Below are positions 11,496 through 25,655 of a stretch of DNA of 64,000 nt, piece by piece. The notes under the pieces were generated by a model. That model did not search any database, had not been told where the DNA came from, and worked only from the letters and a program-made list of their open reading frames with translations. The DNA lies in the NCBI GenBank assembly GCA_951406725.2, contig OX597815.1, forward strand, positions 191,394,001-191,458,000. The letters are read 5' to 3'. Each line of letters opens with the position of its first letter. The stretch's first letter is position 1. The translations under genes and the position numbers were made by a program. This stretch comes from Octopus vulgaris. Its lineage: Eukaryota.

Positions 11496-11948
11496 CCCTT
11501 TCGTTACCATATTCATTTTGAGATGCTCTCTGTTTCTTTCAATTAATTTTAAATATAACAAAGAATTTAGTGAAATAACTTAGTTATCATTAAGCTAGTG
11601 TTGGGAACATAAATTGTGACTAAGGTTTGGTGGAAGATTTTAATTCCAAACTTATAAAAACAAGATATTTGAACTCAGAGCCAGAGCCGGTTTTGGCCGG
11701 GTTGGTAACGAAAGGGTTAAATTAATCATTTGTTGACCCTTTTGTTACCATATTTCTGTTGAGATGCTTTGTGTTTTTTTCAATTGATTTCAAATATAAC
11801 AAAGAATTTAGTAAAATAACTTAGTTATCATTAAGCTATTGTTACGAACATAAATTGTGACTAAGGTTTTGGTGGAAGATTTTAATTCAGAACTTATGAA
11901 AACAAGACATTTATACTCAGAGCCAGAGCTGGTTTGGTAATGAAAGGA
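11496..11948 (+). mobile_element. Two adjacent piggyBac-type MITEs (11496-11716 and 11737-11948)
   Basis: TTAA-CCCTTTCGTTACCA...TGGTAACGAAAGGG-TTAA; the second copy is homologous with decayed ends. Confidence 0.85.
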
Positions 11949-14851
11949 TTAAACTTTTTATGTTTCTTTTATTCCTACTAATATTTTTTCTTGAATCTTC
12001 AGTTTTTTTTCTTTATTTTTACTTTTTACTCAAATTTTCTGTTTGTTCTTTCTCCCTCTGCCATACTTTTCAGCTTCCTACATTCCACTTTTTTTTTCTT
12101 AATTTGAACACTAATTTCTCCCTCTTTCTCACTTCATTCATTTCACACCAACACTCCTGAAACTTCCCTCCTACTCCTGTGCTTACAAACACATGTGATC
12201 TCTTATATATTGAATGATGTATTATTACTTGTTATATTTTTAAAATATATTTATCATTTTATACAACAAACAGATTTTTAGCTCCTCTCTTGTGTAGATC
12301 ACTACTTTATAAATCAGTGTTAATCTAACTCAGTGGATCTTAACCATTTTTTTTTTATGTAATGCCCCTTTTTAAGCAGTTCTTATGCTTGGCACCCACC
12401 TAAGTAGGTATCATGACTTACTGAACTAACTTAACATGGATGATAACTGATAAATTTTACTCAAATGTTGATCACAATATACAAAGAAAACAAGCAAGAT
12501 GGTGTACCTAAAAAATACTATTCAAGACAGAAATATCATCATCATCATCATCATCGTTTAACGTCCGTTCTCCATGCTAGCATGGGTTGGACGGTTCGAC
12601 TGGGGTCTGGGAATCCAGGAGGCTGCACCAGGCTCCAGTCTGATCTGGCAGTGTTTCTACAGCTGGATGCCCTTCCTAATGCCAACCACTCCGTGAGTGT
12701 AGTGGGTGCTTTTTATGTGCCACTGACACAGGTGTCAGGTGAGGCTGGTCAATGGCCACGATCGGTTGGTGCTTTTTACATGCCACCAGCACGGAGGCCA
12801 GTCAAGGCGGTGCTGGCAACGGCCACATTCGGATGGTTCTTTTACATGCCACCGGCACTGGTATCACAACTGCAATTTCCATTAATATAGAACATTAAAA
12901 ATTAATTATTCTTTTTCAAACATATCTTTAGCCATGATAAACACTTATCTCACATTTTATTTTAATAACCATTACTAGTTTTATCATGTATAATTACTAC
13001 TATTGGTAAACTTGTTATGGTTAACCTTTACAGATTTTCTATAGAAATTATAGCACTGCTAACACAGTAGAACAAAGTACTGACTTATAAAAACGTTTAA
13101 TGTACTTTGTGGTATATTATGGTGGCATAATGAAATACAGTGTCCTTACAGGTTATTACTATTGGCAAAATTTAGTATGTTGGTTATATTACCTCACCAC
13201 CCACTAAAGCCTAATGCTTGCTTCAACATGCCCAGCATCCTCTTAGGAACAGTACCACCTACATTGAAAACCTCTGCTTTCACTTTCATAATCAATCATT
13301 ATGTTGTTGTTGCTGTTGTTTTATTTTGAAGAACCCCAAGGGGTCTTTGACACCATTGCTCCCCTGTTCTGACCTTTATCACAGACCTTTCGTTTTTATT
13401 CTCTGTTTTGTGAAGCTATGGCGATTCACTGTAATTTTGTGGTTGGAATATATTAACTGAATTGGAAAAGAGGAAGAGATTATGTTTGTATCCTGTCAGC
13501 ATCAACAAGAAATAAGCAATTAGTCTGCAGATTAGTGAGGTCAATGACACAAAGTGACTAAGTGTAACCGAGACCAGTCATAACAACCAAATCTTAGCAC
13601 ACAGCCACTCCTGCACTTTGCTGGTGCTATGCCTTGAAGTGTTTAGATGAAGAAATTCACACCAGTCTGATGCTTACTTTATCAGACTTTTTTGCCAAAC
13701 TGCTGAGTTACAGGGATACTCTCTTTACTCTTGTACTTGTTTCAGTCATTTGACTGCGGCCATGCTGGAGCACCGCCTTTAGTCAAGCAAATCGACCCCG
13801 GGACTTATTCTTTGTAAGCCCAGTACTTATTCTATCGGTCTCTTTTTGCCGAACCGCTAAGTAACGGCGACGTAAACACACCAGCATCGGTTGTCAAGCA
13901 ATGCTGGGGAAACAAACACAGACACACAAACACATACACACACATATATATATACAACATGCTTCTTTCAGTTTCCGTCTACCAAATCCACTCACAAGGC
14001 ATTGATCGGCCTGAGACTATAGTAGAAGACACTTGCCCAAGATGCCACGCAGTGGGACTGAACCCGGAACAATGTGGCTGATTAGCAAGCTACTTACCAC
14101 ACAGCCACTCCTGCGCCTATATATATAAAAAAAAAATATTATTTGTCAAGCAGCTGTGTTGGGGGAAACAAACACAGACACTAACATCAACACACACATA
14201 CAATAGGCTTCTTTCAGTTTCTGTCTACCAAATCCACTCACAAAACTTTGGTTGGTCCAAGGCTTTAGTAGAAGACACTTGCCCAAGTAAGACTGAACCT
14301 GGAACCATGTGTTTGGAAAGCGTGCTTCTTACCACACAGCCATGCCTGCAACTATTTGTAAGCATTTGAGCTAAGCCAGCAGTTTAAGGGATCACTTCCT
14401 TTCTTCCAATCAGTCTTGGAAGACCTGAAAAGAAAAAAAGAAAAAAGATCAGGTCATGACCTTACCCTATTTAACAAAGTAGTAAAAAAAATACTAATAC
14501 TAATACAGCAACCTTCATATATTACTAGTTAACCACATACAAATTTTTCCCAGGTCCACAAAATACACACACAGACACTTACACACTCACGAACACAAAC
14601 GCACAGACATACACATCTCCACTTTACTAAACTGGGTTGGATAGATTTGCAGAATATTAATTATGAAACTTTATATTCCAGCATGTCATTCAAGATCAGT
14701 CAACCATTACAATAGGTTGCATTCTATCAATTCATGTGTGATACTTATTTGCAAATTTTATTTATTACATTCAAATGTCATGCATTAATAAATCATATGC
14801 TTGTACCAGTGCAGCTAATAGGATATCAAAAGCATTATGCCATGCATTGAT

Positions 14852-15548
14852 ATAATAATAATGAAATTATTGTATACAGTGCTCAGGTGCACTACAACTT
14901 GTCAAACAGTGCGTATAAAGTATATGCAGTAATGTACAAATGTCTGGAAAGCGAACAGTGTATGAGTCAGATACATGCTTGTGTGTGTATGGAGGGGAGA
15001 AAATCAGGTGTAGTGTTGGCGAATCTCAGGAAGCATGGAAGTTTTGAAGGATGCAGTGCTCCGGCAACTAACAACTGATGCCGTCAGTTTGTTCCATACT
15101 TCAGCAACTCTTAGCGTGAAAAAATGTTTCCGAAAGTCGGGAGCTGTGCTGTTTTCTGACTTTGTAAACATGTCCATAGGTGTTAGACAGGTGGAGTTTG
15201 AAAAGGTGCTCAGAGTTATCGTTTGTAAGATGGTTAATAATTTTATGGGTGTCTGCCAAGTCAGCTGCCAGATGTCAGAGTTTCAATGTATCCATGCCCA
15301 GGGAAGTAAGGCATTCAGAATATGGCAAACGCCTGATGGAGGGTATTCTCTTGGTTGCACATCGCTGAACGACTTCTAGACGATTAATATCCTGGGCATG
15401 ATAGGGGTTCCAGACCGGTGACGCAAATTCCAGGTGAGGTCGTACCATAGCTATATAAAGCCGCAGATAGATAGCCAGAGACGGCTCACAAAGGACTTGG
15501 TGAGTGATGCCAAGACACCCTCAGCCTTCTTGGCAATTTTAGCGATAC
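14852..15548 (-). mobile_element. CR1-clade LINE 3' fragment (reverse transcriptase C-terminal region)
   Basis: Minus strand reads YIAMVRPHLEFASPVWNPY..DINRLEVVQR..TKRIP with stops, followed by a 3' UTR and (ATT)n tail. Confidence 0.75.
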
Positions 15549-17767
15549 AAAGGTTTATTGTGCAAAGCCTTTGTTGGAAATTAATATTTGGTGCAGATGG
15601 CTGTGTGGTAAAGAAAGTTTGCTTCACAACCATGGGGTTTGAGTTTGATTCAGATGCATGAAACTATGGTGAAAACATTACTGCTGTAGTGAGGCCTGTA
15701 CTCAAAACCTATTTCTTTACTACCCACGAGGGGCTAAACACAGAGAGGACAAACAATGACAGACAAACGGATTAAGTCGATTATATCGACCCCAGTGCAT
15801 AACTGGTACTTATTTAATCGACCCCGAAAGGATGTCGACCTCGGCGGAATTTGAACTCAGAACATAGCAGCAGATGAAATACCATTAAGCATTTCGCCCG
15901 GCGTGCTAACCATTCTGCCAGCTCGCCGCCTTAACAAGGATTAAACCAAGTGATTAATGTTGGATCTCCACAGTATTGGAGGATTGAGGAAAGATAGAAG
16001 TAGCAGTGATGATCCAAACAACAGTGGTAGACATCCATAAGATTACCCACCGTATTTCCAACATTAGCCTTAGGCACCTTTTTGAATTCCATGTCTAACA
16101 CTCGTGGACATACTTACAAAACCAAAAAACAACAAAGCACCCACGACTGCCGTTCAAGAATTTGGACCTGGAGATCTCCATTTCCAGCGACTTCAAGAGC
16201 CACCTCCCAGTGGTGTCGGGCATCAACGAAGAGCCCTCGACTACAACAAGACGACCAAAGTTTTTTTTTTGTTTCCAAGGACTGGGGTCTCCCGCCCCTA
16301 AGCCCTAGACCATCACCTAATCACCCTTATCCGTCATGTTGCTTAACAACAACAATAACAACAACAGCACCCATGACTTTCAGAAACATTCCTTCATACT
16401 CAGAATTGCTGAAGCATGAAATAAACTAGCCACTTCCTGATATTTGTCAACAGTCCACCTGATGCCTACACCTTTTTTAATGACTCATTCCTCATTCATT
16501 TCCTATGCATTATTCTATGCAGTTCATGCATTTTTGGCTACTTTTTCTGATGAGTTGTAGTGCAACCAAGCACCATATAACATAATAAGTTTATCATCAT
16601 TATTATTACTTGTTTTGACATTATAGCCACATGTCTATATTTCATGATCTATTATGACATCATCATCATCATTTAACGTCCATTTTCCATGCTAGCATGG
16701 GTTGGACGGTTCGACCAGGGTCTGGGAAGCCAAGAGGCTGCTCCAGGCTCCAGTCTGATCTGGCAGTGTTTCTACAGCTGGATGCCCTTCCTAACGCCAA
16801 CCAATCTGTGAGTGTAGTGGGTGCTTTTTACGTGCTACTGGCACAGGGGCCAGAGGAGGCTGGCAACGTCCACAATCAGTTGGAGCTTTATACGTGCCAC
16901 CGGCATGGTCGCCAGTCAAGAAATTTTTTACCAATACTCAAATAACTAATCATGATCATCATTATCATCGTTTAACGTCCGCTTTCCATGCTAGCATGGT
17001 TTGGACGGTTCAACTGGGGTCTGGGGAGCCCGAAGGCTGCACCAGGCCAGTCAGATCTGGCAGTGTTTCTACAGCTGGATGCCCTTCCAAACGCCAACCA
17101 CTCCGAGAGTGTAGTGGGTGATTTTATGTGCCACCGACACAGGTGCCAGACGAGGCTGGCGAACGGCCACGCTCGGATGGTGTTTTTTATGTGCCAGACA
17201 AGGCTGGCAGACAGCCACGCTCGGATGGTGTTTTTTATGTGCCACCGACACAGGTGCCAGATGAGGCTGGCGAACGGCCACGATTGGATGGTGTTTGTTA
17301 CATGCCCACAGCATGGAGGCCAGGTTGCTAAATGACTGTCTCAATTCTTTTCGTTGAGTACAAATTTTGCCAGAACATGGTGCATCTTCGATGTTTTTTT
17401 TTTCTTATAATCAAATAATGTAAACATATACTGAAGCCTGTTTCTTAGGAAACTTCATAAAAAGCCAGGCTTTTTTACAGATTACAGGTGTAGGAGTGGC
17501 TGTGTGGTAAATAGCTTGCTTACCAACCACATGGTTCTGGGTTCAGTCCCACTGCGTGGCACCTTGGGCAAGTGTTTTCTACAATAGCCTCAGGCTGACC
17601 AAAGCCTTGTGAGAGGATTTGGCAGACGGAAACTGAAAGATGCCCGTCATATATATATATATACCGGAGTAAACACATAAATGTGAAACAAGGTGGAAAA
17701 AAGAGTACTCAAATACCAGTGGTAGAGTAATATGCTTTATTTAAAGCAGCAGAAAATTCAACAAAAT

Positions 17768-17805
17768 CTGTTACTCTGAGTTTCTCGTTGCCGTTCATCA
17801 GACAG
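17768..17805 (-). ncRNA. Minimal type I hammerhead-like motif in a Penelope-like fragment inserted in (TA)n
   Basis: Minus strand CTGT-CTGATGA-aCG(GCAA)CGa-GAA-ACTC(A)GAGT-A-ACAG; stem II base has an A.A mismatch. Confidence 0.6.
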
Positions 17806-17848
17806 TTTTTGCTAGAATGGAACCGATATATCGGTTCCATTTAAATAA

Positions 17849-17885
<37 letters not shown>

Positions 17886-20549
17886 GTCTGTCTGTTTGTC
17901 TCCCCACCACCATCGCTTGACGTTTACGTCCCTGTAACTTAGCAGTTCGGCGAAAGAGACTGATAGAATAAGTACTAGGCTTATAAACAATAAGTCCTGG
18001 GGTTGATTTGCTTGACTAAAAGGCAGTGCTCCGGCATGGCCACAGTCAAATGACTGAAACAAGTAAAAGAGTAAGTACTGTGGATGGGTTTCCAGATTTC
18101 AATTATCTTAGCTGGATGTTCTTGCTGGTTTTATTATTATCAACAATGACCAAGGACATCACATGGAAGAAGAATATGGGACATGGTGTGTCCAGCTGTG
18201 GCCAATGTGTCTGATGAATGTTTAGAAGACTCTGCTGCGAGTTGGTGGTCTGTTAGGAATGAAGGCAAGGAGATGGCTGTGAATTCTTTGTGCCGCTGCA
18301 ATCCTGTTCTTATTTCTTTATTGTCCAGAAGGGGCTAAACATAGAGGGGACAGACAAAGGGATTAAGTCGATTACATCGCCCCCCAGTGCGTAACTGCTA
18401 CTTAATTTATCGATCCCAAAAGGATGAAAGACAAAGTCGACCTCGGTGGAATTTGAACTCAAAACGTAATGGCAGACGAAATATCTATTTCTTTACTACC
18501 CACAAGGGGCTAAACACAGAAAGGACAAACAATGACAGACAAATGGATTAAGTCGATTATATCGACCCCAGTGCGTAACTGGTACTTAATTTATCGACCC
18601 CGAAAGGATGAAAAGCAAAGTCGACCTAGGCGGAATTTGAACTCAGAACATAGCAGCAGACGAAATACCGCTAAGCATTTCACCCGGCGTGCTAACCATT
18701 CTGCCAGCTCGCCGCCTTAACAAGGATTAAACCAAGTGATTAATGTTGGATCTCCACAGTATTGGAGGATTGAGGAAAGATAGAAGTAGCAGTGATGATC
18801 CAAACAACAGTGGTAGACATCCACAAGATTACCCACCGTATTTCCAACAACAGACTTAGGCACCTTTTTGAATTCATTGTCTAACACTTGTGGACATACT
18901 TACAAAACCAAAAATCAACAAAGCACCCACGACTGCCGTTCAAGAATTTGGACCTGGAGATCTCCATTTCCAGCGACTTCAAGAGCCACCTCCCAGTGGT
19001 GTCGGGCATCAACGAAGAGCCCTCGACTACAACAAGACGGCCAAAGTTTTTTTTTTGTTTCCAAGGACTGGGGTCTCCCGCCCCTAAGCCCTAGACCATC
19101 ACCTAATCACCCTTACCCGTCTTGTTGCTTAACAACAACAATAACAACACCCATGACTTTCAGAAACATTCCTTCATACTCAGAATTGCTGAAGCATGAA
19201 ATAAACTAGCCACTTCCTGATATTTGTCAACAGTCCACCTGATGCCTACACCTTTTTTTTTAATGACTCATTCCTCATTCATTTCCTATGCATTATTCTA
19301 TGCAGTTCATGCATTTTTGGCTACTTTTTCTGATGAGTTGTAGTGCACCCAAGCACCATATAATATAATAAGTTTATCATCATTATTATTACTTGTTTTG
19401 ACATAAGAGTCACATGTCTATATTTCATGATCTATTATGACATCATCATCATCATTTAACGTCCGTTTCCTATGCTAGCATGGGTTGGATGGTTCCACCA
19501 GGGTCTGGGAAGCCAAGAGGCTGCACCAGGCTCCAGTCTGATCTGGCAGTGTTTCTACAGCTGGATGCCCTTCCTAACGCCAACCAATCTGTGAGTGTAG
19601 TGGGTGCTTTTTACGTGCTACTGGCACAGGGGCCAGAGGAGGCTGGCAACGTCCACAATCAGTTGGAGCTTTATACGTGCCACCGGCATGGTCGCCAGTC
19701 AAGAAATTTTTTACCAATACTCAAATAACTAATCATGATCATCATTATCATCGTTTAACGTCCGCTTTCCATGCTAGCATGGTTTGGACGGTTCAACTGG
19801 GGTCTGGGGAGCCCGAAGGCTGCACCAGGCCAGTCAGATCTGGCAGTGTTTCTACAGCTGGATGCCCTTCCAAACGCCAACCACTCCGAGAGTGTAGTGG
19901 GTGATTTTATGTGCCACCGACACAGGTGCCAGACGAGGCTGGCGAACGGCCACGCTCGGATGGTGTTTTTTATGTGCCAGACAAGGCTGGCAGACAGCCA
20001 CGCTCAGATGGTGTTTTTTATGTGCCACCGACACAGGTGCCAGATGAGGCTGGCGAACGGCCACGATTGGATGGTGTTTGTTACATGCCCACAGCATGGA
20101 GGCCAGGTTGCTAAATGACTGTCTCAATTCTTTTCGTTGAGTACAAATTTTGCCAGAACATGGTGCATCTTCGATGTTTTTTTTTCTTATAATCAAATAA
20201 TGTAAACATATACTGAAGCCTGTTTCTTAGGAAACTTCATAAAAAGCCAGGCTTTTTTACAGATTACAGGTGTAGGAGTGGCTGTGTGGTAAATAGCTTG
20301 CTTACCAACCACATGGTTCTGGGTTCAGTCCCACTGCGTGGCACCTTGGGCAAGTGTTTTCTACAATAGCCTCAGGCTGACCAAAGCCTTGTGAGAGGAT
20401 TTGGCAGACGGAAACTGAAAGATGCCCGTCATATATATATATATACCGGAGTAAACACATAAATGTGAAACAAGGTGGAAAAAAGAGTACTCAAATACCA
20501 GTGGTAGAGTAATATGCTTTATTTAAAGCAGCAGAAAATTCAACAAAAT

Positions 20550-20587
20550 CTGTTACTCTGAGTTTCTCGTTGCCGTTCATCAGACAG
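20550..20587 (-). ncRNA. Duplicate copy of the 17768-17805 hammerhead-like motif
   Basis: Identical sequence in the second unit of the tandem duplication. Confidence 0.6.
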
Positions 20588-20631
20588 TTTTGCTAGAATG
20601 GAACCGATATATCGGTTCCATTTAAATAAAG

Positions 20632-20668
<37 letters not shown>

Positions 20669-23327
20669 GTCTGTCTGTTTGTCTCCCCACCACCATTGCT
20701 TGACGTTTACGTCCCTGTAACTTAGCAGTTCGGCGAAAGAGACTGATAGAATAAGTACTAGGCTTATAAACAATAAGTCCTGGGGTTGATTTGCTTGACT
20801 AAAAGGCAGTGCTCCGGCATGGCCACAGTCAAATGACTGAAACAAGTAAAAGAGTAAGTACTGTGGATGGGTTTCCAGATTTCAATTATCTTAGCTGGAT
20901 GTTCTTGCTGGTTTTATTATTATCAACAATGACCAAGGACATCACATGGAAGAAGAATATGGGACATGGTGTGTCCAGCTGTGGCCAATGTGTCTGATGA
21001 ATGTTTAGAAGACTCTGCTGCGAGTTGGTGGTCTGTTAGGAATGAAGGCAAGGAGATGGCTGTGAATTCTTTGTGCCGCTGCAATCCTGTTCTTATTTCT
21101 TTATTGTCCAGAAGGGGCTAAACATAGAGGGGACAGACAAAGGGATTAAGTCGATTACATCGCCCCCAGTGCGTAACTGCTACTTAATTTATCGATCCCA
21201 AAAGGATGAAAGACAAAGTCGACCTCGGTGGAATTTGAACTCAAAACGTAATGGCAGACGAAATATCTATTTCTTTACTACCCACAAGGGGCTAAACACA
21301 GAAAGGACAAACAATGACAGACAAATGGATTAAGTCGATTATATCGACCCCAGTGCGTAACTGGTACTTAATTTATCGACCCCGAAAGGATGAAAAGCAA
21401 AGTCGACCTAGGCGGAATTTGAACTCAGAACATAGCAGCAGACGAAATACCGCTAAGCATTTCACCCGGCGTGCTAACCATTCTGCCAGCTCGCCGCCTT
21501 AACAAGGATTAAACCAAGTGATTAATGTTGGATCTCCACAGTATTGGAGGATTGAGGAAAGATAGAAGTAGCAGTGATGATCCAAACAACAGTGGTAGAC
21601 ATCCACAAGATTACCTACCGTATTTCCAACAACAGCCTTAGGCACCTTTTTGAATTCATTGTCTAACACTTGTGGACATACTTACAAAACCAAAAATCAA
21701 CAAAGCACCCACGACTGCCGTTCAAGAATTTGGACCTGGAGATCTCCATTTCCAGCGACTTCAAGGGCCACCTCCCAGTGGTGTTGGGCATCAACGAAGA
21801 GCCCTCGACTACAACAAGACGACCAAAGTTTTTTTTTTGTTTCCAAGGACTGGGGTCTCCCGCCCCTAAGCCCTAGACCATCACCTAATCACCCTTATCC
21901 ATCGTGTTGCTTAACAACAACAATAACAACAACAGCACCCATGACTTTCAGAAACATTCCTTCATACTCAGAATTGCTGAAGCATGAAATAAACTAGCCA
22001 CTTCCTGATATTTGTCAACAGTCCACCTGATGCCTCCACCTTTTTTTTTTAATGACTCATTCCTCATTCATTTCCTATGCATTATTCTATGCAGTTCCTG
22101 CACTTTTGGTTACTTTTTCTGATGAGTTGTAGTGCAACCAAGCACCATATAATATAATAAGTTTATCATCATTATTATTACTTGTTTTGACATAAGAGTC
22201 ACATGTCTATATTTCATGATCTATTATGACATCATCATCATCATCATTTAACATCCGTTTTCCATGGTAGCATGGGTTGGATGGTTCCACCAGGGTCTGG
22301 GAAGCCAAGAGGCTGCACCAGGCTCCAGTCTGATCTGGCAGTGTTTCTACAGCTGGATGCCCTTCCTAACGCCAACCACTCCGTGAGTGTAGTGGGTGCT
22401 TTTTACGTGCCACCAGCACAGAGGGGACAATCAAGGACAGACACACGGATTAAGTCGATTACATCAACCCCAGTGCGTAACTGGTACTTATTTAATTGAC
22501 CCCGAAGGGATGAAAGGCAAAGTCGACCTCGGCGGAATTTGAACTGAGAACGTAACGGCAGACGAAATATCGCTAAGCATTTGGCCCGGCGTGCTAACGT
22601 TTCTGCCAGCTCCCCACCCCTGCAATCCTGTTCTGTTCCTAGGAGGTGGCACCTTTGTTGGTGCCACTTCACCAGTCAGGGCAGTCTTCTGCTTGTGTTT
22701 CTTAGGTGTTGGGGTTAATCTCAAACAAAGCTCTTCAGTGAAACTTTGAGTGTATTCTTGAAGTGCTTTTTCTGTCCCCTTTGCGTGCGTTTGCCTTCCA
22801 CCAGTTTACTGTACAACGTTCTCTTGGGGAGTCACATGTTAGGCATTTGAACAAAGTGTCCTGCCCACCTGACTTATGCTCTCCTCAGCAGAGTCCAAAT
22901 GCTTGGCAAATCAGCTCAAGAGGGGACCTCCATATCTGGGACCTTATCTTGCCAGGTACAACTTGTAACATTGTGTATGATTCTAATAATCCTCCCTATA
23001 GGCCTGCTGTAACATTAGAAAAATCCCTGTTAAAGGGTTTTCCCAATTTATAACAGAATTTTACACTAATTATAACAAATTGTCAAGAGCACTAAATCTA
23101 CTTTGACTCTAGTCTATGTAGATTAGTGACTAAGTGACATGGCCAAATGAGATATTATTAGACTGTAGGTCAAAACTACAGTCTAAAATCAGAAGCATGC
23201 TGCACCAGTTGGTTATTGCACTTCTTTAAAAGTTTGATTTCTTTTTGTACTGCTCTTATATTACATTTAGTTTTGTGTTTGATTTTTTTTTACATACATT
23301 TTTTTTATTAGTATTCTTATATCATTA

Positions 23328-23715
23328 TAAGGCAGCAAGCTGGCAGAAACGTTAGCACGCAGAGCAAAATGCTAAGTGGTATTTCGTCTGCCGTTGTGTT
23401 CTGAGTTCAAATTCTGCCAAGGTCGACTTTGCCTTTCATTCTTTCGGGGTCGATTAAATAAGTACCAGTTATGCACTGGGGTCGATATAATCGACTTAAT
23501 CCGTTTGTCTGTCCTTGTTTGTCCTCTCTGTGTTTAGCCCCTTGTGGGTAGTAAAGAAATAGGTATTTCGTCTGCCATTACGTTCTAAGTTCAATTTCCA
23601 CCAAGATTAACTTTGCCTTTCATTCTTTCGGGGAAGATAAATTAAGTACCAGTGAAACACTGGGGTCGATGAAATCGACTCCAAAATTTCAGGCCTTGTG
23701 CCTATAGTAGAAAAG
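23328..23715 (+). mobile_element. tRNA-derived SINE family C (AAGGCGGCGAGCTGGCAGAA head), partly dimeric
   Basis: B box GAGTTCAAATTC; related copies on - at about 15709-15934, 18310-18720, 21092-21502 and 22420-22612, and on + at 46642-46870. Confidence 0.75.
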
Positions 23716-25240
23716 ATTATTATTCTTAAATCAGTAAACTAGCAGAATCATCAGAGAGCAGGACAACAACACTTAACACCTTTCTTTTGTCTATTTGCAT
23801 TCTCAGTTCAAATGCTGCCTTGGTCAACTTTGCCTTTCGTTTTTTTTGGGGGGGATTGATAAAATAAAGTACCAGTCAAGTACTTGGTTCACTGGAACAG
23901 ACTAACACCCTACCTCTAAAATAGCTGGCTTTGTGTCAACATTTGAAGAAATTATTTATTACGCTTTATCATTTTTAATGAATTACTTAATGGCAGAATT
24001 GCAGTTCCTAAGATCGTCTTCAGAGTCTGGAATACAAGCTACAGAACTGACTCTGTTAAAGATGTCTAAGGTGAAAGTGATGACATTAAACCAAGCGACA
24101 GATGAAGTCAACCATTGTTATGGAATGTTTTACTTAGCTGGAACTATATTTGTTAATGTGTTTCAGGGATAATATATATTAATTTATCTTTATCAGAGCA
24201 GGCTATGGAATTTGAGATTACATTAACCAAAGCTTCTATTATAGTTGTAAATGAAAGTCAATTGATAATAAATGTATGAGAGCTGAATAATTAAAATTTA
24301 TACAAGCTTCTACAATAAGCCAGTATTTGTGTGTATCACTCATTCCTACCCCACATGTACCCTGAAGACACTCTGACACTCCATCCCCTCTTATATCACT
24401 TTCTAGCTCCCCCCATTGACCATCTCTTCTTAAACATAAGTAGATGTAGCTCCTTTTCATACCTTACTCCTCCCTACCTCTTATTCTCCAGGCATAAAGT
24501 TCCCCCTCCCAATTTGGGGTTCTTAGTATTGCAAGCTGCAATACTAGTGACCTCTCTAGTGCTGATGCCATGAGAAAAACAAAGCACCCAGTACATGCTG
24601 TAAAGTGGTTGGCCTTAGGAAGGGCATCCAACCATAGACACCATGCCAAACAAACACTAGAGCATGTGGCGGTCCTTGGACTCATCAGATCTTGTCAAAC
24701 CAGCCAACCCATACCAGCATGGAACAGGGACATTAGATAATGATGATGATGATGATATATTCAATTTTAGGCACAAGGGTTCCAGCTGATCCAATCAACA
24801 GAACAGGCTGCTAGTGAAATTAATGTGTAAGTGGCTGAATACTCCACAGATGTGTATTCTTAATGTCGGTATCAGGGAGATCCAGCATGACTCAGAATGT
24901 TATAGGATTGGTCCTTTGAAATAGGGGTACAAGCCATTTTTCCCAGCTGAGTAAACTGGAGCAATGTGAAATAAAATGTCTTGCTCACATTGCCAGGAAT
25001 TGAACTCACGATCTTGTGATTATGAGCCAGATACTCGTAACCTCTAAGCCACACGCCTTCACAGACACCATAAGAAGTACTCAGTTGACAGCAATACTTG
25101 GAACAGCATTTGTGTTGTGTCTCTAAGCTGCAGGATGAAGAAGCTGAGACATGATGACATTGATAACCCAGGAGACCATCCAACTGGAGAGGATTGCTAC
25201 ATGAATAATGATCTTTATGATAATAACTGATATATAATAA

Positions 25241-25413
25241 CAGGCGCAGGAGTGGCTGTGTGGTAAGTAGCTTGCTTATCAACCACATGGTTCCAGGTTC
25301 AGTCCCACTGCATGGCATCTTGGGCAGGTGTCTTCTGCTATAGCCCCGGGCCGACCAATGCCTTGTGAGTGGATTTGGTAGACAGAAACTGAAAGAAGCC
25401 CGTCGTATATATG

Positions 25414-25446
<33 letters not shown>

Positions 25447-25655
25447 ATATTTTTGTGTGTCTGTGTTTGTCCCCCTAGCATTGCTTGACAACCGATGCTG
25501 GTGTGTTTATGTCCCCCGTCACTTAGCGGTTCGGCAAAAAGAGACCGATAGAATAAGTACTGGGCTTACAAAAGAATAAGTCTCGGGGTCGATCTGCTTG
25601 ACTGAAGGCGGTGCTCCAGCATGGCCGCAGTCAAATGACTGAAACAAGTAAAAAA
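25241..25655 (+). mobile_element. Representative full copy of the dominant tRNA-derived SINE (family A) with an internal (TA/TG)n
   Basis: Head AGGCGCAGGAGTGGCTGTGTGGTAAG..GGTTCAGTCCC, tail CAGTCAAATGACTGAAACAAGTAAAAG; other copies near 3150, 6460, 13720(-), 17488, 20270, 34612(-), 35467, 36060(-), 41315(-), 43445(-), 44955(-), 45560(-), 46495, 52300 and 56115. Confidence 0.9.

Larger units (their letters stand above)
15709..22410. repeat. Tandem segmental duplication, ~2.78-kb unit, about 2.4 copies (starts 15709, 18485, 21267)
   Basis: Repeated ORFs offset by 2782-2792 nt; direct comparison shows near identity; junctions fall inside SINE/LINE-end copies. Confidence 0.95.

Noticed and set aside
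16546-16575. CTGATGA hammerhead candidate
   Set aside because: No GAAA or stem III; it matches the CR1 3' UTR also seen at about 14860-14900 on the minus strand
16082-21997. Three-copy 113-115 aa 'gene family' ORFs (16082, 18868, 21650)
   Set aside because: Chimeric frame across a CR1 fragment and an inserted retroposon, multiplied by the tandem duplication; TTG starts and no splice context
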